Shown: positions 18,362-26,595, counted from the stretch's first letter. The stretch: DNA of 27,353 nt from Candidatus Micrarchaeota archaeon (GCA_037444485.1 JBBIMI010000012.1:1-27353); one strand, 5' to 3'. Translations and numbers: made by a program. The notes: generated by a model from the sequence alone, not told the origin.

Positions 18362-18470
18362 ATCGCCAGCTTTTCTCTTCATTCTTTCTTTTCCAAGGTT
18401 TTTTCTTTTCTTTAAAGAAAAAAGCTTCTTTCTTTTCCAAGGTTTTCTTTTTTTCAAGAAAGAAAAGCTT
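18362..18470 (-). other. 23S intron ~1328/1329, 109 nt, with two tandem copies of the shared motif
   Basis: BHB CGCT/GGCG, bulges AG|A and AT|T. Motif units at 18428-18470 and 18384-18427. Confidence 0.88.
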
Positions 18471-18511
18471 CTAGCGTTGCCAAGAAACCCTTGCCCTTTC
18501 GGCGTCCAGGA

Positions 18512-18803
18512 ACCGAGTCGCAAGAATTAGTCAAGTTTTCTTTTTATCAAATTTTTATCAACAAATTTTTATCAAATGAAACGGTTTTTACCAATGAAAG
18601 TGAATGGCGACAGCAATTACAATAACTGCGATGCCGGACCAAAGTTCGATTGTTTCCAAACTCGCATTACTAGGTTTGTGAAAAAGTGTAGCTCGGAGAA
18701 ACAAATCATAAACGCAGCCCATACTAAAAATCCACCAAGTAGAGAAAGCCGTTTTGTCAGTTTACTCGTGCACCGAGTTATAATTGCTTGAAATTCTTGC
18801 GAT
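18512..18803 (-). other. 23S intron ~1287/1288, 292 nt
   Basis: BHB CGAG/CTCG, bulges AA|A and GT|T, 11-bp inner and 5-bp outer helices. Confidence 0.9.
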
Positions 18804-19029
18804 TTCTCGCCTGGAATAGCTGCTACTAGTACCAGGATCTTCATTGCAATTAGGTCCACTGGAACTCACGCCCCAGCTTCTGCCCTAACCGCACGTCCTC
18901 CTACTCGATCACGCGCACCGCGCGTGCGCCACAGTATCGGCGAATGGCTTTAGTCCCGAGAGTCTGTAGCGCTTCGGTTCTTGACGGGTCCGCTGTTACG
19001 CGTTGTTTAAAGGATGGCAGCTTCTGTTC

Positions 19030-19143
19030 TTGGGCCGACGCCAAAACCGCTTTTAATCAGGCCGTCCGTCAATCCCCATTTTAGTCGGAATTTTTTAGTC
19101 GGAATTTGTTTTGCCGGTCATCATTATTTGGTTTCGGGATCGT
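19030..19143 (-). other. 23S intron ~1062/1063 (GTPase-associated centre, H43), 114 nt
   Basis: Relaxed BHB AGGT/GCCC, bulges AG|A and AA|G, inner CGAT/GTCG and CCGAAACC/GGTTTTGG. The exact junction is less certain. Confidence 0.75.
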
Positions 19144-19408
19144 CTACCTCCCCGCTGTCTGAGAACCAAAACGCCTTATTGATTAACACTTAGCCATTTC
19201 TTAGGGGCCTTAACTGCAGTAGGGGTCGTTCCCCTCTCGGCAACCGCGCTTAACTCGGTTGCCCAACTCCTGTCTTCTCCAGCAGCGTTAGCTTCGGAGT
19301 TTGACTCAAGAATGAGGCCTTTCGGCCCCGCGTTCTCGAATCAGTGGCTCTACCTAACGCTTGCCTCTGACAAGGCTGTACTGCGGTACACTTCGAAGGA
19401 AACCCGCT

Positions 19409-19458
19409 ATAGCGAACTCGAGAAACTAAAAGAAACTAAAAATTAGTTTCACGAGTTT
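19409..19458 (-). other. 23S intron ~803/804, 50 nt
   Basis: BHB GGCG/CGCT, bulges AT|A and AT|A. Splicing restores GGCGATAGCGGG. Confidence 0.9.
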
Positions 19459-19509
19459 ATCGCCGAGCTCGAATGAACTTTCATCCCTAGGCGCAAGTCA
19501 CCCAAGCAG

Positions 19510-19571
19510 TTGTCCAGCATTCTTTTTTCCTTTTTCTTTCCCAAGGCTTTCTTTTTCTAAAAGAAAGGCTT
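19510..19571 (-). other. 23S intron ~750 (H35 loop), 62 nt, carrying the shared motif
   Basis: BHB GTCT/GGAC, bulges AT|A and AA|C. The intron begins AAGCCTTTC. Confidence 0.8.
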
Positions 19572-20623
19572 ATAGACTAGCATTGGTTGCGGGCTTCCAC
19601 CCTTCTGAAGAAGGGCTTCACCCTGCTCGCGTCTAGATCGCTTCGGCTTCGGGTCTTAAGAAAGTGACTGACCGCCGGTTAAGACGGCGCACCTCGCCTT
19701 CTTGCGAAGGTTGCGTGCTAATTCGCTTTCGCTTTGCTTGCGCACGCCACTTTCTTAAACTCCCTGGCTCTTGCTTCAAGAAGTACGACACCACGCTGTT
19801 TGAATCCGCTTGTTCAGCGGATTTACATTCCTTTCGCGCGAGTGTCTTATTGTAGCCACTCTGTTTCAAGCACTTTTAACCCCCCTTTCGGGGTGCTTTT
19901 CAGTTTTCGTTCGCACTACTTTTTACGCTATCGGTCTTGGATTCGTGTTTAGGGTTGCGAGTCAATGGCTCGCGTTTTCACGCTCCCAAGCAAGGGAACG
20001 CTACTCTGGATACCGCCACGCGCGTCGGCGCGTTTGTTTACAAGGCTTTCACTTTCTTCGGCCCGGCTTTCCAGCCGAGTTCAACTCCACGCAACGCGTT
20101 AAAAGACGGTCCAAACGCCACATTCGAACCCACCTTGCGGCAGGCCGTTCGGTTTGCCCTGCGCCGTTTTCGTTCGCACTACTAGCGGCATACCGGTTGG
20201 TTTCTTTTCCTCCGCTTACTAAGATATTTCAATTCAGCGGGTGTGCCCTCCTTCCGGAGTGATTCGGGAACCCGTGGTTCAAAGCCCGCGTGCGGCTACC
20301 CACGGCTTTTCGCAGCTTGCTACGCCCTTCATCGCCGTCCAAGCCTAACTATCCACAGAGTGGCAGCAGCATTACTACTCCTCGATTGAACACCTTTTTC
20401 CTACACAGCTTCACGAAACTCGGAAAACAACGGTAAAGCGATTTTCCAGTCTTTCAGCATTCCATTTCCGAACGCCCGATTGCGGCGGGACTTGCTTCGA
20501 AAACTTCATTTGAACGCCCGCGGAAAGCATTGCGCTCTCAACGCGAACAACAAAAATTTTCACTTTTTCTTTAGTTGAGTTTTCTTTTTTCCCGAAAAAG
20601 AAAAGTCAATGGACTCGGCGGGA

Positions 20624-20668
20624 TTTTCGCAATCCCAGCGCGCGGCGCGCTTTGCGCGCGCGGGCTTT
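20624..20668 (-). other. tRNA-Ala T-loop intron (59/60), 45 nt, GC-rich
   Basis: BHB TTCG/CGAA, bulges AA|A and AA|T. Splicing restores TTCGAAT. Confidence 0.88.
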
Positions 20669-20690
20669 TTCGAACCCGCGGCCTCCTGCT

Positions 20691-20754
20691 TTTTTGGAAC
20701 GTGTATTCGCTTTCTTTTTAGTGAAGTTTTTTCTTTTTTAAAGAAAAAAGTTCT
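20691..20754 (-). other. tRNA-Ala 37/38 intron, 64 nt, shared-motif variant
   Basis: BHB TTTG/CAAA, bulges CA|A and AA|A, inner helix GAAC/GTTC. Confidence 0.9.
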
Positions 20755-20805
20755 TGCAAAGCAGGCGCGCTGCCACTGCGCCACGAGCCCCTTGAAAAAT
20801 GAATT

Positions 20806-20830
20806 CAGGCTCTTTGGAGTGAACAAAATT
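20806..20830 (-). other. 16S pre-rRNA processing stem, 3' arm (pairs with 24779-24803)
   Basis: Perfect 14-bp CAGGCTCTTTGGAG/CTCCAAAGAGCCTG pairing, plus a BHB (GCAA/TTGT, bulges AAG and TCA). Confidence 0.88.
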
Positions 20831-20914
20831 CTTAAAGGAAGAATAGTGCCTCGAATTAGGTCTTTCAACCAATTGGAGGTGATCTAACCGCAGGTTCCCC
20901 TACGGTTACCTTGT

Positions 20915-21729
20915 TTATCGAGCGGTTGAGATGGTATAAAAATTTAGATCCTATTTTGACTCGCTTCAATAAGCCTTGCGCATATAAAGCATTTATGCTC
21001 TTTCTCACGCGATAGTAAGGCATATTTAATGCCTGCATCACGTTCGAAATATCGGTTGGTGTCTCTAACAATTCTAGAAAAGCCGATTTATCCATCATCT
21101 TAGCATGCTCCTTTATTATTACAAGAATCTCGGCTTTCTTTTTTTGGTTTCGTCCGTGAAGCCAATTAATTCCAAAAATTTTTTGACATTTTTTACATAG
21201 AAGTAACAATCAGACTTCTTCGCATCCTTCTTGAGTTTGGGCGTTGTGCAGGAAATTCCTTTTTTAGTAAGGTATTGAAACAAACTTTTTACTAATTTGA
21301 TTTTATGCGGGTTGAAACCTGCTTGAATTCTATGTAACCTTTGGAATCGACCGATGCTTCCGCGTCAAACAAGCCCCTCGCAAAAGAGGGCGTTAAATGC
21401 GCTTTGCGGATTGTTCTAAAAAGTTTTTCTGCTAACTTCTTTAAAGCAACTCTAATCCTAATTTTTTCACTATTTGATTTCCAAGGACTAGCGTCTCTTT
21501 TCAGTCTAACATTTGAAGTTGGCAGGCGCAATGCATTCGCCCACGCTTCTATCGACGCTGGATTTTTTCCATAGATGTCCGCCTTAATTCTTTGTATAGG
21601 AACATGAATTTTGATGGAGGCGATTGCTTCTCTAAGAATTGACTGCGACGTATTGTGAATTTCCGTATGTCGGTCATCCAAATAACCATCGCCTGAAACC
21701 AAACCGGCAAGCCAGTCAAAGCAATTCAT
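20915..21729 (-). pseudogene. LAGLIDADG endonuclease plus wHTH-like segment spread over three reading frames
   Basis: WLAGLVSGDG and FARGLFDAEAS lie in frame 1. The continuation HKIKLVK...KFLELIGF is in a second frame from ~21310 to a stop at 21119. A wHTH-like segment (21098-20915) is in the third frame. Confidence 0.75.
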
Positions 21730-21740
21730 CTCAATCACTT
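20915..21740 (-). mobile_element. 16S intron 1499/1500, 826 nt, encoding a homing endonuclease
   Basis: BHB GTCG/CGAT, bulges TA|A and AA|A. Splicing restores AGTCGTAACAAGG. Confidence 0.92.
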
Positions 21741-21747
21741 TACGACT

Positions 21748-21795
21748 ATAGACCCCCACGACATTAAGTGTTAAAAATATATAATGTTGTGGAGT
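21748..21795 (-). other. 16S intron 1492/1493 (decoding site), 48 nt
   Basis: Weak central helix GGGT/GTCT, bulges TA|A and AT|A, long inner hairpin. Splicing restores GGTTAAGTCG. Confidence 0.85.
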
Positions 21796-22360
21796 TAACC
21801 CCCCTCACGAAGCTCTAGCTCGAATTACGCGTTTCCGCGTAAGCCTCACTAAAACCTCGCTTGGATGGCTTGACGGGCGGTGTGTGCAAAGAGCGGGGAC
21901 ATATTCACCGCGCGATGATGACACGCGATTACTAGCCATTCCAACTTCATGGGGACGAGTTCCAGCCCCCAATCTGAACTGGGACCGAGTTTAGGCGATT
22001 GCCTCCGCCTTTCGGCGTCGGAACGCATTGTCTCGGCCTTTGTATGCCACGTGTGGCCCAGGAAATTCAGGCCATACTGACCTAGCGTCGCCCCTTCCTT
22101 CCTCCTACTTAACGCAGGCAGTTTCCACAGAGTGCGCCAAAAACTTCTTTCTGGTTTGCAACTGTGGACAGGGATCTCGTTCGTTGCAGGACTTAACCTG
22201 ACACCTCACGGCACGAACTGACGCTGGCCATGCAGCACTTCTCGGCTTGTTAGGTAAAGTCTTTAGCTTGACCTTCATCCTGCCGTCTTTCCTGGTGAGT
22301 TTCCCGGCGTTGAATCCAATTGAACCGCAGCATCCACGGCTTGTGGTGCTCTCCCGCCAA

Positions 22361-23013
22361 TTCAGGGAAGAGCTGCAGCGAGTTTAAAAAGTCTCCTGCG
22401 TTTTTCATGAAACGAGTGAATTCTATAAGCAAAATCTTTAAGTTGATTTCGTCGTGTTATTCTAAACTGCCAGACTTTGCCGGTCATCGTTAAATTCGTT
22501 GGCCGAAAATTTTGGCTTACTAGAAAATCACGTACGAACTCTAAAGAACTGCGCGATTTTTGATTGAAGGAAACATATTTCTGTGGACTGTAGTCGTAAG
22601 GAACACCACCTTCAGCATCCCAGAAACCGCTTATGTACCACCACTTCTCTTCTTCGCTGGCATTTGCCACGATGGTTGGCGTATTCCATAAGTCCTGAGG
22701 GCACTTGTATTCCGAAATTGAAATCAATTTCTCCACAAACCAGCGCTTATTAACGCGCAATAGATTTTTGGAAATTTTAGCTTCGACACCAAAATTTTTT
22801 GAAATAATTTCGGAAATAAAGTGAAGCCACTGTGCGTCCTTCTGGTACATGCGAAGTTCATAGTTTTTCCCTTCGCGAGCGTCAAAATTCCCGTCTCGCA
22901 AGGCACCAAGCAAGTAATAAATTTCAGGATTCATGTTATAGAAAACTGAAAAATGAGTTTTTATTCTTGTCTGGACCACCCTGCCAGTGAAAACGCTTTC
23001 TGCAGCATCTTCT
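22361..23013 (-). mobile_element. 16S intron 919, 653 nt, encoding a homing endonuclease
   Basis: Relaxed BHB AAGG/CCTG, inner GAAGA..GCTGCAG/CTGCAGC.TCTTC. Splicing restores AAAGGAATTGGCGG. Confidence 0.9.
22362..22934 (-). CDS. Two-motif LAGLIDADG homing endonuclease
   Basis: YYLLGALRDG and YISGFWDAEGG motifs. Start is ATG 22934 or the upstream GTG 22979. Confidence 0.9.
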   Translation of the reverse strand: MNPEIYYLLGALRDGNFDAREGKNYELRMYQKDAQWLHFISEIISKNFGVEAKISKNLLRVNKRWFVEKLISISEYKCPQDLWNTPTIVANASEEEKWWYISGFWDAEGGVPYDYSPQKYVSFNQKSRSSLEFVRDFLVSQNFRPTNLTMTGKVWQFRITRRNQLKDFAYRIHSFHEKRRRLFKLAAALP

Positions 23014-23024
23014 TTCCTTTAAGT

Positions 23025-23612
23025 TTACTGTAGAAGAAGCCCTATAGAAAAAACTTTATCAGGGTGTTCGAACGGCACTAAACTATAAAACTTTTTGAAA
23101 TTTTCTTTTGACGTTATAAAGAACCTGTTAGTCCCAGATTTTTTATCTGCAATAAAAATATTGCTTGATTTTATGCCATTTTTATTTAGCCAATTTTTTA
23201 TGAATCTAAGCGATTCAAAATTTTTCTGACTAAAACCAACAACATAATTTTTGGTGCTACAATCACCCTCAGCATCGAAAAAACCAGCCACGTAATTTGA
23301 GATAACTTCTTGTGAAGCTTTTTTGATTATGCGTGGCGTATTCCATTTTTCTTGCGGCGCTATAAACTCATAATCGTTTACAAAGAGATTGTAAACTTTT
23401 TGAGAACTGAGGATCACTCGGTAATAATTTTCTTTGTATTCTTCTAGTCTTGGTTCTTTTTTGAATAGCTTGAATATTCTTTTTGCTATAGAATTTGAAA
23501 GCCATTCAGTATTGTTTTCATACCAAATACTGTTGTAGTTTCTGCTATTCTTGTCGTAGAACACGCTTCCGTCCCTCAGAGCGCCAACAAGATACGCTAA
23601 GTCTTTCTGCAT
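23025..23612 (-). CDS. Two-motif LAGLIDADG homing endonuclease
   Basis: YLVGALRDG and YVAGFFDAEG motifs. The TAA stop forms the last three bases of the intron. Confidence 0.92.
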   Translation of the reverse strand: MQKDLAYLVGALRDGSVFYDKNSRNYNSIWYENNTEWLSNSIAKRIFKLFKKEPRLEEYKENYYRVILSSQKVYNLFVNDYEFIAPQEKWNTPRIIKKASQEVISNYVAGFFDAEGDCSTKNYVVGFSQKNFESLRFIKNWLNKNGIKSSNIFIADKKSGTNRFFITSKENFKKFYSLVPFEHPDKVFSIGLLLQ

Positions 23613-23637
23613 AATAAAGTAAAAGGGCTTCCCCTAT
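23025..23637 (-). mobile_element. 16S intron 908, 613 nt, encoding a homing endonuclease
   Basis: Perfect BHB ACTG/CAGT, bulges AA|A and AA|A, 13-bp inner helix. Splicing restores GACTGAAACTT. Confidence 0.93.
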
Positions 23638-23749
23638 TTCAGTCTTGCGACCGTACTCCCCAAGTGGCAAACTAAACGGTTTCCCTACGGCACTGCAGCC
23701 ACTCTAAGTGACTGCAACGCCAAGTTTGCATCATTTACTGCTAGGACTA

Positions 23750-23785
23750 CTCCCGCTACAACGTGGTTGTTAAACCGATTGTAGA
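23750..23785 (-). other. 16S intron ~800/801, 36 nt
   Basis: BHB CCCG/CGGG, bulges AG|T and AG|T, inner helix CTACAA/TTGTAG. Confidence 0.9.
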
Positions 23786-23792
23786 CTCGGGT

Positions 23793-23830
23793 TTTTAGTG
23801 GCTCTTTATTTAAGAGCCATGTAGAGCCAT
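23793..23830 (-). other. 16S intron ~793/794, 38 nt
   Basis: BHB TTAG/CTAA, bulges AT|A and AA|A, inner helix TGGCTCT/AGAGCCA. Confidence 0.9.
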
Positions 23831-23929
23831 ATCTAATCCGATTTGCTCCCCTAGCCTTCGCTCCTCACCGTCAAACGTGTTTTAGCCAAGCGCTTTCGCC
23901 ACTGGTAGTCCGCTAAGGATTACAGCATT

Positions 23930-23973
23930 CTCGGCGTTTTTTCTTTCTTGATTTTCTTTTGAAAGAAAAATCT
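23930..23973 (-). other. 16S intron ~694/695, 44 nt, shared-motif variant
   Basis: BHB TGGT/GCCG, bulges AA|A and AG|A. Splicing restores GTGGTAAAATGC. Confidence 0.85.
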
Positions 23974-24258
23974 TTACCACTCCCCCTAGCGTACTCTTGG
24001 CTTCCCCCACTCTCAAGCCAAGTAGTATTTCCCGCGCGTCTTCCAGTTAAGCTGGAAGATTTGACGGGAAACTTGCTTAGCCGGCTACGAGCGCTTTAAA
24101 CTCAATATTCGTGGACACCACTAGTGCTACCTGTATTACCGCGGCGGCTGGCACAGGATTTACCCACCACTTATTCAACGAGAGTGTCAGTCTCGTTAAA
24201 AGCTTTCCTTTCGGAAAGCACTCGGATTACCTCCGTCACGCTTTCGCGCATTGCGGAA

Positions 24259-24290
<32 letters not shown>

Positions 24291-24323
24291 GCCCTTGTCT
24301 CAGTGCCCGTCTCGGGGCTCCTA

Positions 24324-24418
24324 CTCGGGAGCCTTTCTTTCACTTTTTTTCAAGTTTTCAAAAAAGAAAAAAAAACTTTTTTCCAAGGTTTTCTTTCTTT
24401 TCCAAGAAAGAAAAGCTT
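24324..24418 (-). other. 16S intron ~301/302, 95 nt, carrying the shared motif
   Basis: BHB TGGG/CCCG, bulges AG|A and AG|T. The intron begins AAGCTTTTC. Confidence 0.88.
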
Positions 24419-25032
24419 CTCCCATAGCCCCTACTGATTATCGCCACGGTGAGCCGTTACCTCGCCGTCTAGCTAATCAGCCACAGTCCGATTCCAAGGC
24501 GTTGCCCGCTGCAATCCGCGAGCCCTTTTGGGCCAAAACCCGTTCCAGAATGTTTTGGCCTATCGGGTAATATCCTCACTTTCGCGAGGTTGCCCCCGTC
24601 CTTGGAGTACGTTGACTACGTGTTACTGAGCCGTTCGCCGGGCTGCAACGCTTGCAGCCCAAGACTTGCATGGCTTAATCGCGATCCGATAGCAGTGTCC
24701 TCCAGCGGGATCGACTGGTGTTGCGCCGCAACGCCCCGAAAAGGGCGCCGCTGTCGCGCATTCGAGGTCGCAAGAACTAATTCTTTTGCCTCCAAAGAGC
24801 CTGTCGTCGAACTCGAATGAGTGCGATTTTTGGATTTTTTTGAAATCGTTCTTTGTTCGAGTGCCCATTCTCGCTACAGTAGAAAAAAGCAAGGTTAGTC
24901 ATCACACTTTAAAACGTCATCGAACGCTGGGAAAGCGTTCTAGTACAAGAGCTCTAACTTGCCGGGAACTGTAGCATTAGAGTAATGTTCTTACGCGATG
25001 TAAGAACACAGTATTGTAAATGCTACCAACGA

Positions 25033-25047
25033 GTATATAAGCTTTTC
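25033..25047 (-). promoter_or_regulatory. Candidate rRNA operon promoter (BRE + TATA)
   Basis: GAAAAGC-TTATATAC on the minus strand, about 310 nt upstream of the 16S gene. Confidence 0.55.
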
Positions 25048-25202
25048 TTCGCGACCAGTTAAAGCCTCGAAATGGGGCGAAAAGCGCGAAAATAAGTGTT
25101 TTTTTCGAAAAACAGGGTTGGAAAAGGCGTTTTTCACACGTTTTCGATTTTTTGGTTTCGATTTTCTGGTGAGTGCTTAAAGCGTTTGCTTTCCGAGCTT
25201 TT

Positions 25203-25655
25203 TTATTTTATTCTTTCGAGTATTATTGTAGGGCATATTCTAGTCACGCCGCCTACTGACTTTAGTTTTTTTTCGAACTTGGCCAATTCGTGAGAATTTT
25301 TAAAGCGAGATTCTGTTAATATCATGTGGTCGCCTGTTGAAGAGTACACGCGCGTGGCTTCCGGCATTTTCTTTATTTTTTCGATTACTGTCAAAAATGC
25401 TTCCGGCGTTACATCAACGCCAATTAAGGCCCGTGTTTTAAGCCCTATTTTCTTTAAATCCACGTCTATAGTATATTTGAGTATCACGCCTTCCTTCTCG
25501 AGTTTTTTTACTCGCTTTCTCACCGCTGTTTCGCTTACCTTTAAGTCTTTCGCGATTTCTACGAATGGTGTGCGTGAGTTTTCTTCCAGCAAAGCAAGTA
25601 TCCTTAAAGTTGAGGCGTCTGCGGAAGCATTTTGAAAGTTTGAAAATCGAACCAT
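25203..25655 (-). CDS. Lrp/AsnC-family transcriptional regulator (LrpA-like)
   Basis: NSRTPFVEIAKDLKVSETAVRKRVKKLEKEGVI HTH and YSSTGDHM RAM domain. Confidence 0.92.
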   Translation of the reverse strand: MVRFSNFQNASADASTLRILALLEENSRTPFVEIAKDLKVSETAVRKRVKKLEKEGVILKYTIDVDLKKIGLKTRALIGVDVTPEAFLTVIEKIKKMPEATRVYSSTGDHMILTESRFKNSHELAKFEKKLKSVGGVTRICPTIILERIK

Positions 25656-25744
25656 AAAGTTATTAAATCGAATATATTTAAATAATCTACGCTTAAAGGC
25701 GGAAATTCCGGCACGCTGCCAGCGTTTGTTGACGGGTGCAGTTA

Positions 25745-25910
25745 TCCGCGCGCGAAGCGTGAGACGTGAAGGCTCGAGTCGCCCGCAACACCTGCGCGGC
25801 CTCTACAAATAATTGGCAAACAAGTGAAACGAAATAAATAAGGTTAATTCATCCGAGGTTAATTCATCCGCGACTAAAACTCGCGGAATTTCTCAGGCGA
25901 ACACGTTAAA
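25745..25910. repeat. Dispersed ~165-nt element, copy 2, with a 15-bp tandem duplication (25841-25870)
   Basis: AGGTTAATTCATCCG occurs twice, followed by hairpin TCCGCGA-CTAAAAC-TCGCGGA and ATTTCTCAGGCGAACACGTTAAA. Confidence 0.6.
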
Positions 25911-26031
25911 TTGGTGTTTAAAACGTTTTTTGAATTGTTTTATTGGACTAGTGCGTGGGTTTGATACCGGAATTTGATGGTTTTTTGCATAAAGACTATA
26001 AAGATTCATTCTGGAAAGAGGTGAAATAGAA

Positions 26032-26595
26032 GTGGTTTGGATTGGTGAAAAAATCCCTGAATTTGAACTAGAGGCATTCCACAAAAATGAAGTGCGGAAG
26101 GTAAGGCTTTCTGATTACAAAGGCAAGTGGCTTGTCTTGATTTTTTATCCCGCCGATTTTACATTTGTTTGTCCTACTGAATTGGAAGAGGTTGCAGAGC
26201 TTTACGATGAATTCAAAAAATTAGGCGCTGAAGTGTTGAGTCTGAGCACTGACACAGTATTCGTGCACAAGGCTTGGCACGACAACTCGCCTTCAATCAA
26301 GAAAATCAAGTTTCCAATGCTTGCAGACCCTAGTGGGAAGCTATGCAGGGAATTCGGCACTTACGTTGAAGAAGAAGGGCTTTCACTACGCGGCAGCTTC
26401 ATTATAGATCCGGATGGAATCGTCAAAGCCTTTGAATTGCATGACAACAGCATCGGTAGAAGTGCTAAAGAATTGTTGAGAAAGCTTCAAGCCGCGAAAT
26501 TCGTTAGGGAAAACAAGGGGTTGGTTTGTCCTGCTAGTTGGGAGCCTGGAAAAAAGGCATTAAAACCAGAGTTAGAGCTAGTTGGTAAGATATAG
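26032..26595 (+). CDS. ahpC: 2-Cys peroxiredoxin (alkyl hydroperoxide reductase C)
   Basis: FYPADFTFVCPTE and VCPASW motifs; GAGGTG SD. Confidence 0.95.
   Translation: MVWIGEKIPEFELEAFHKNEVRKVRLSDYKGKWLVLIFYPADFTFVCPTELEEVAELYDEFKKLGAEVLSLSTDTVFVHKAWHDNSPSIKKIKFPMLADPSGKLCREFGTYVEEEGLSLRGSFIIDPDGIVKAFELHDNSIGRSAKELLRKLQAAKFVRENKGLVCPASWEPGKKALKPELELVGKI

Larger units (their letters stand above)
13652..20372 (-). rRNA. rrl: 23S rRNA gene with 16 BHB introns (mature about 2.92 kb; ends approximate)
   Basis: Conserved LSU motifs appear in order on the minus strand (GAAGACCC, GTAACTCTGA, GGGGTAACAGG, AGTACGAGAGGAAC, GAAGGCATCTAAG). 6721 nt minus 3802 nt of introns leaves 2919 nt. Confidence 0.97.
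20610..20790 (-). tRNA. tRNA-Ala(TGC) in the 16S-23S spacer, with two introns
   Basis: GGGCTCG/CGAGTCC acceptor stem, CCTGC/GCAGG anticodon stem and GCGGG/CCCGC T stem. Confidence 0.93.

Noticed and set aside
15295..18470. Repeated motif as a CRISPR array
   Set aside because: The copies are dispersed inside introns, with no regular repeat-spacer periodicity and no cas genes in the window.
15770..21312. Programmed ribosomal frameshifting in the intron ORFs
   Set aside because: The breaks are single-base indels in short homopolymers without a clear in-frame slippery heptamer plus stimulator. Decay or sequencing error is simpler until reads are checked.
14143..23637. Group I or group II identity for the large introns
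   Set aside because: Each is almost entirely ORF plus a terminal stem with a BHB, leaving no room for a ribozyme core.
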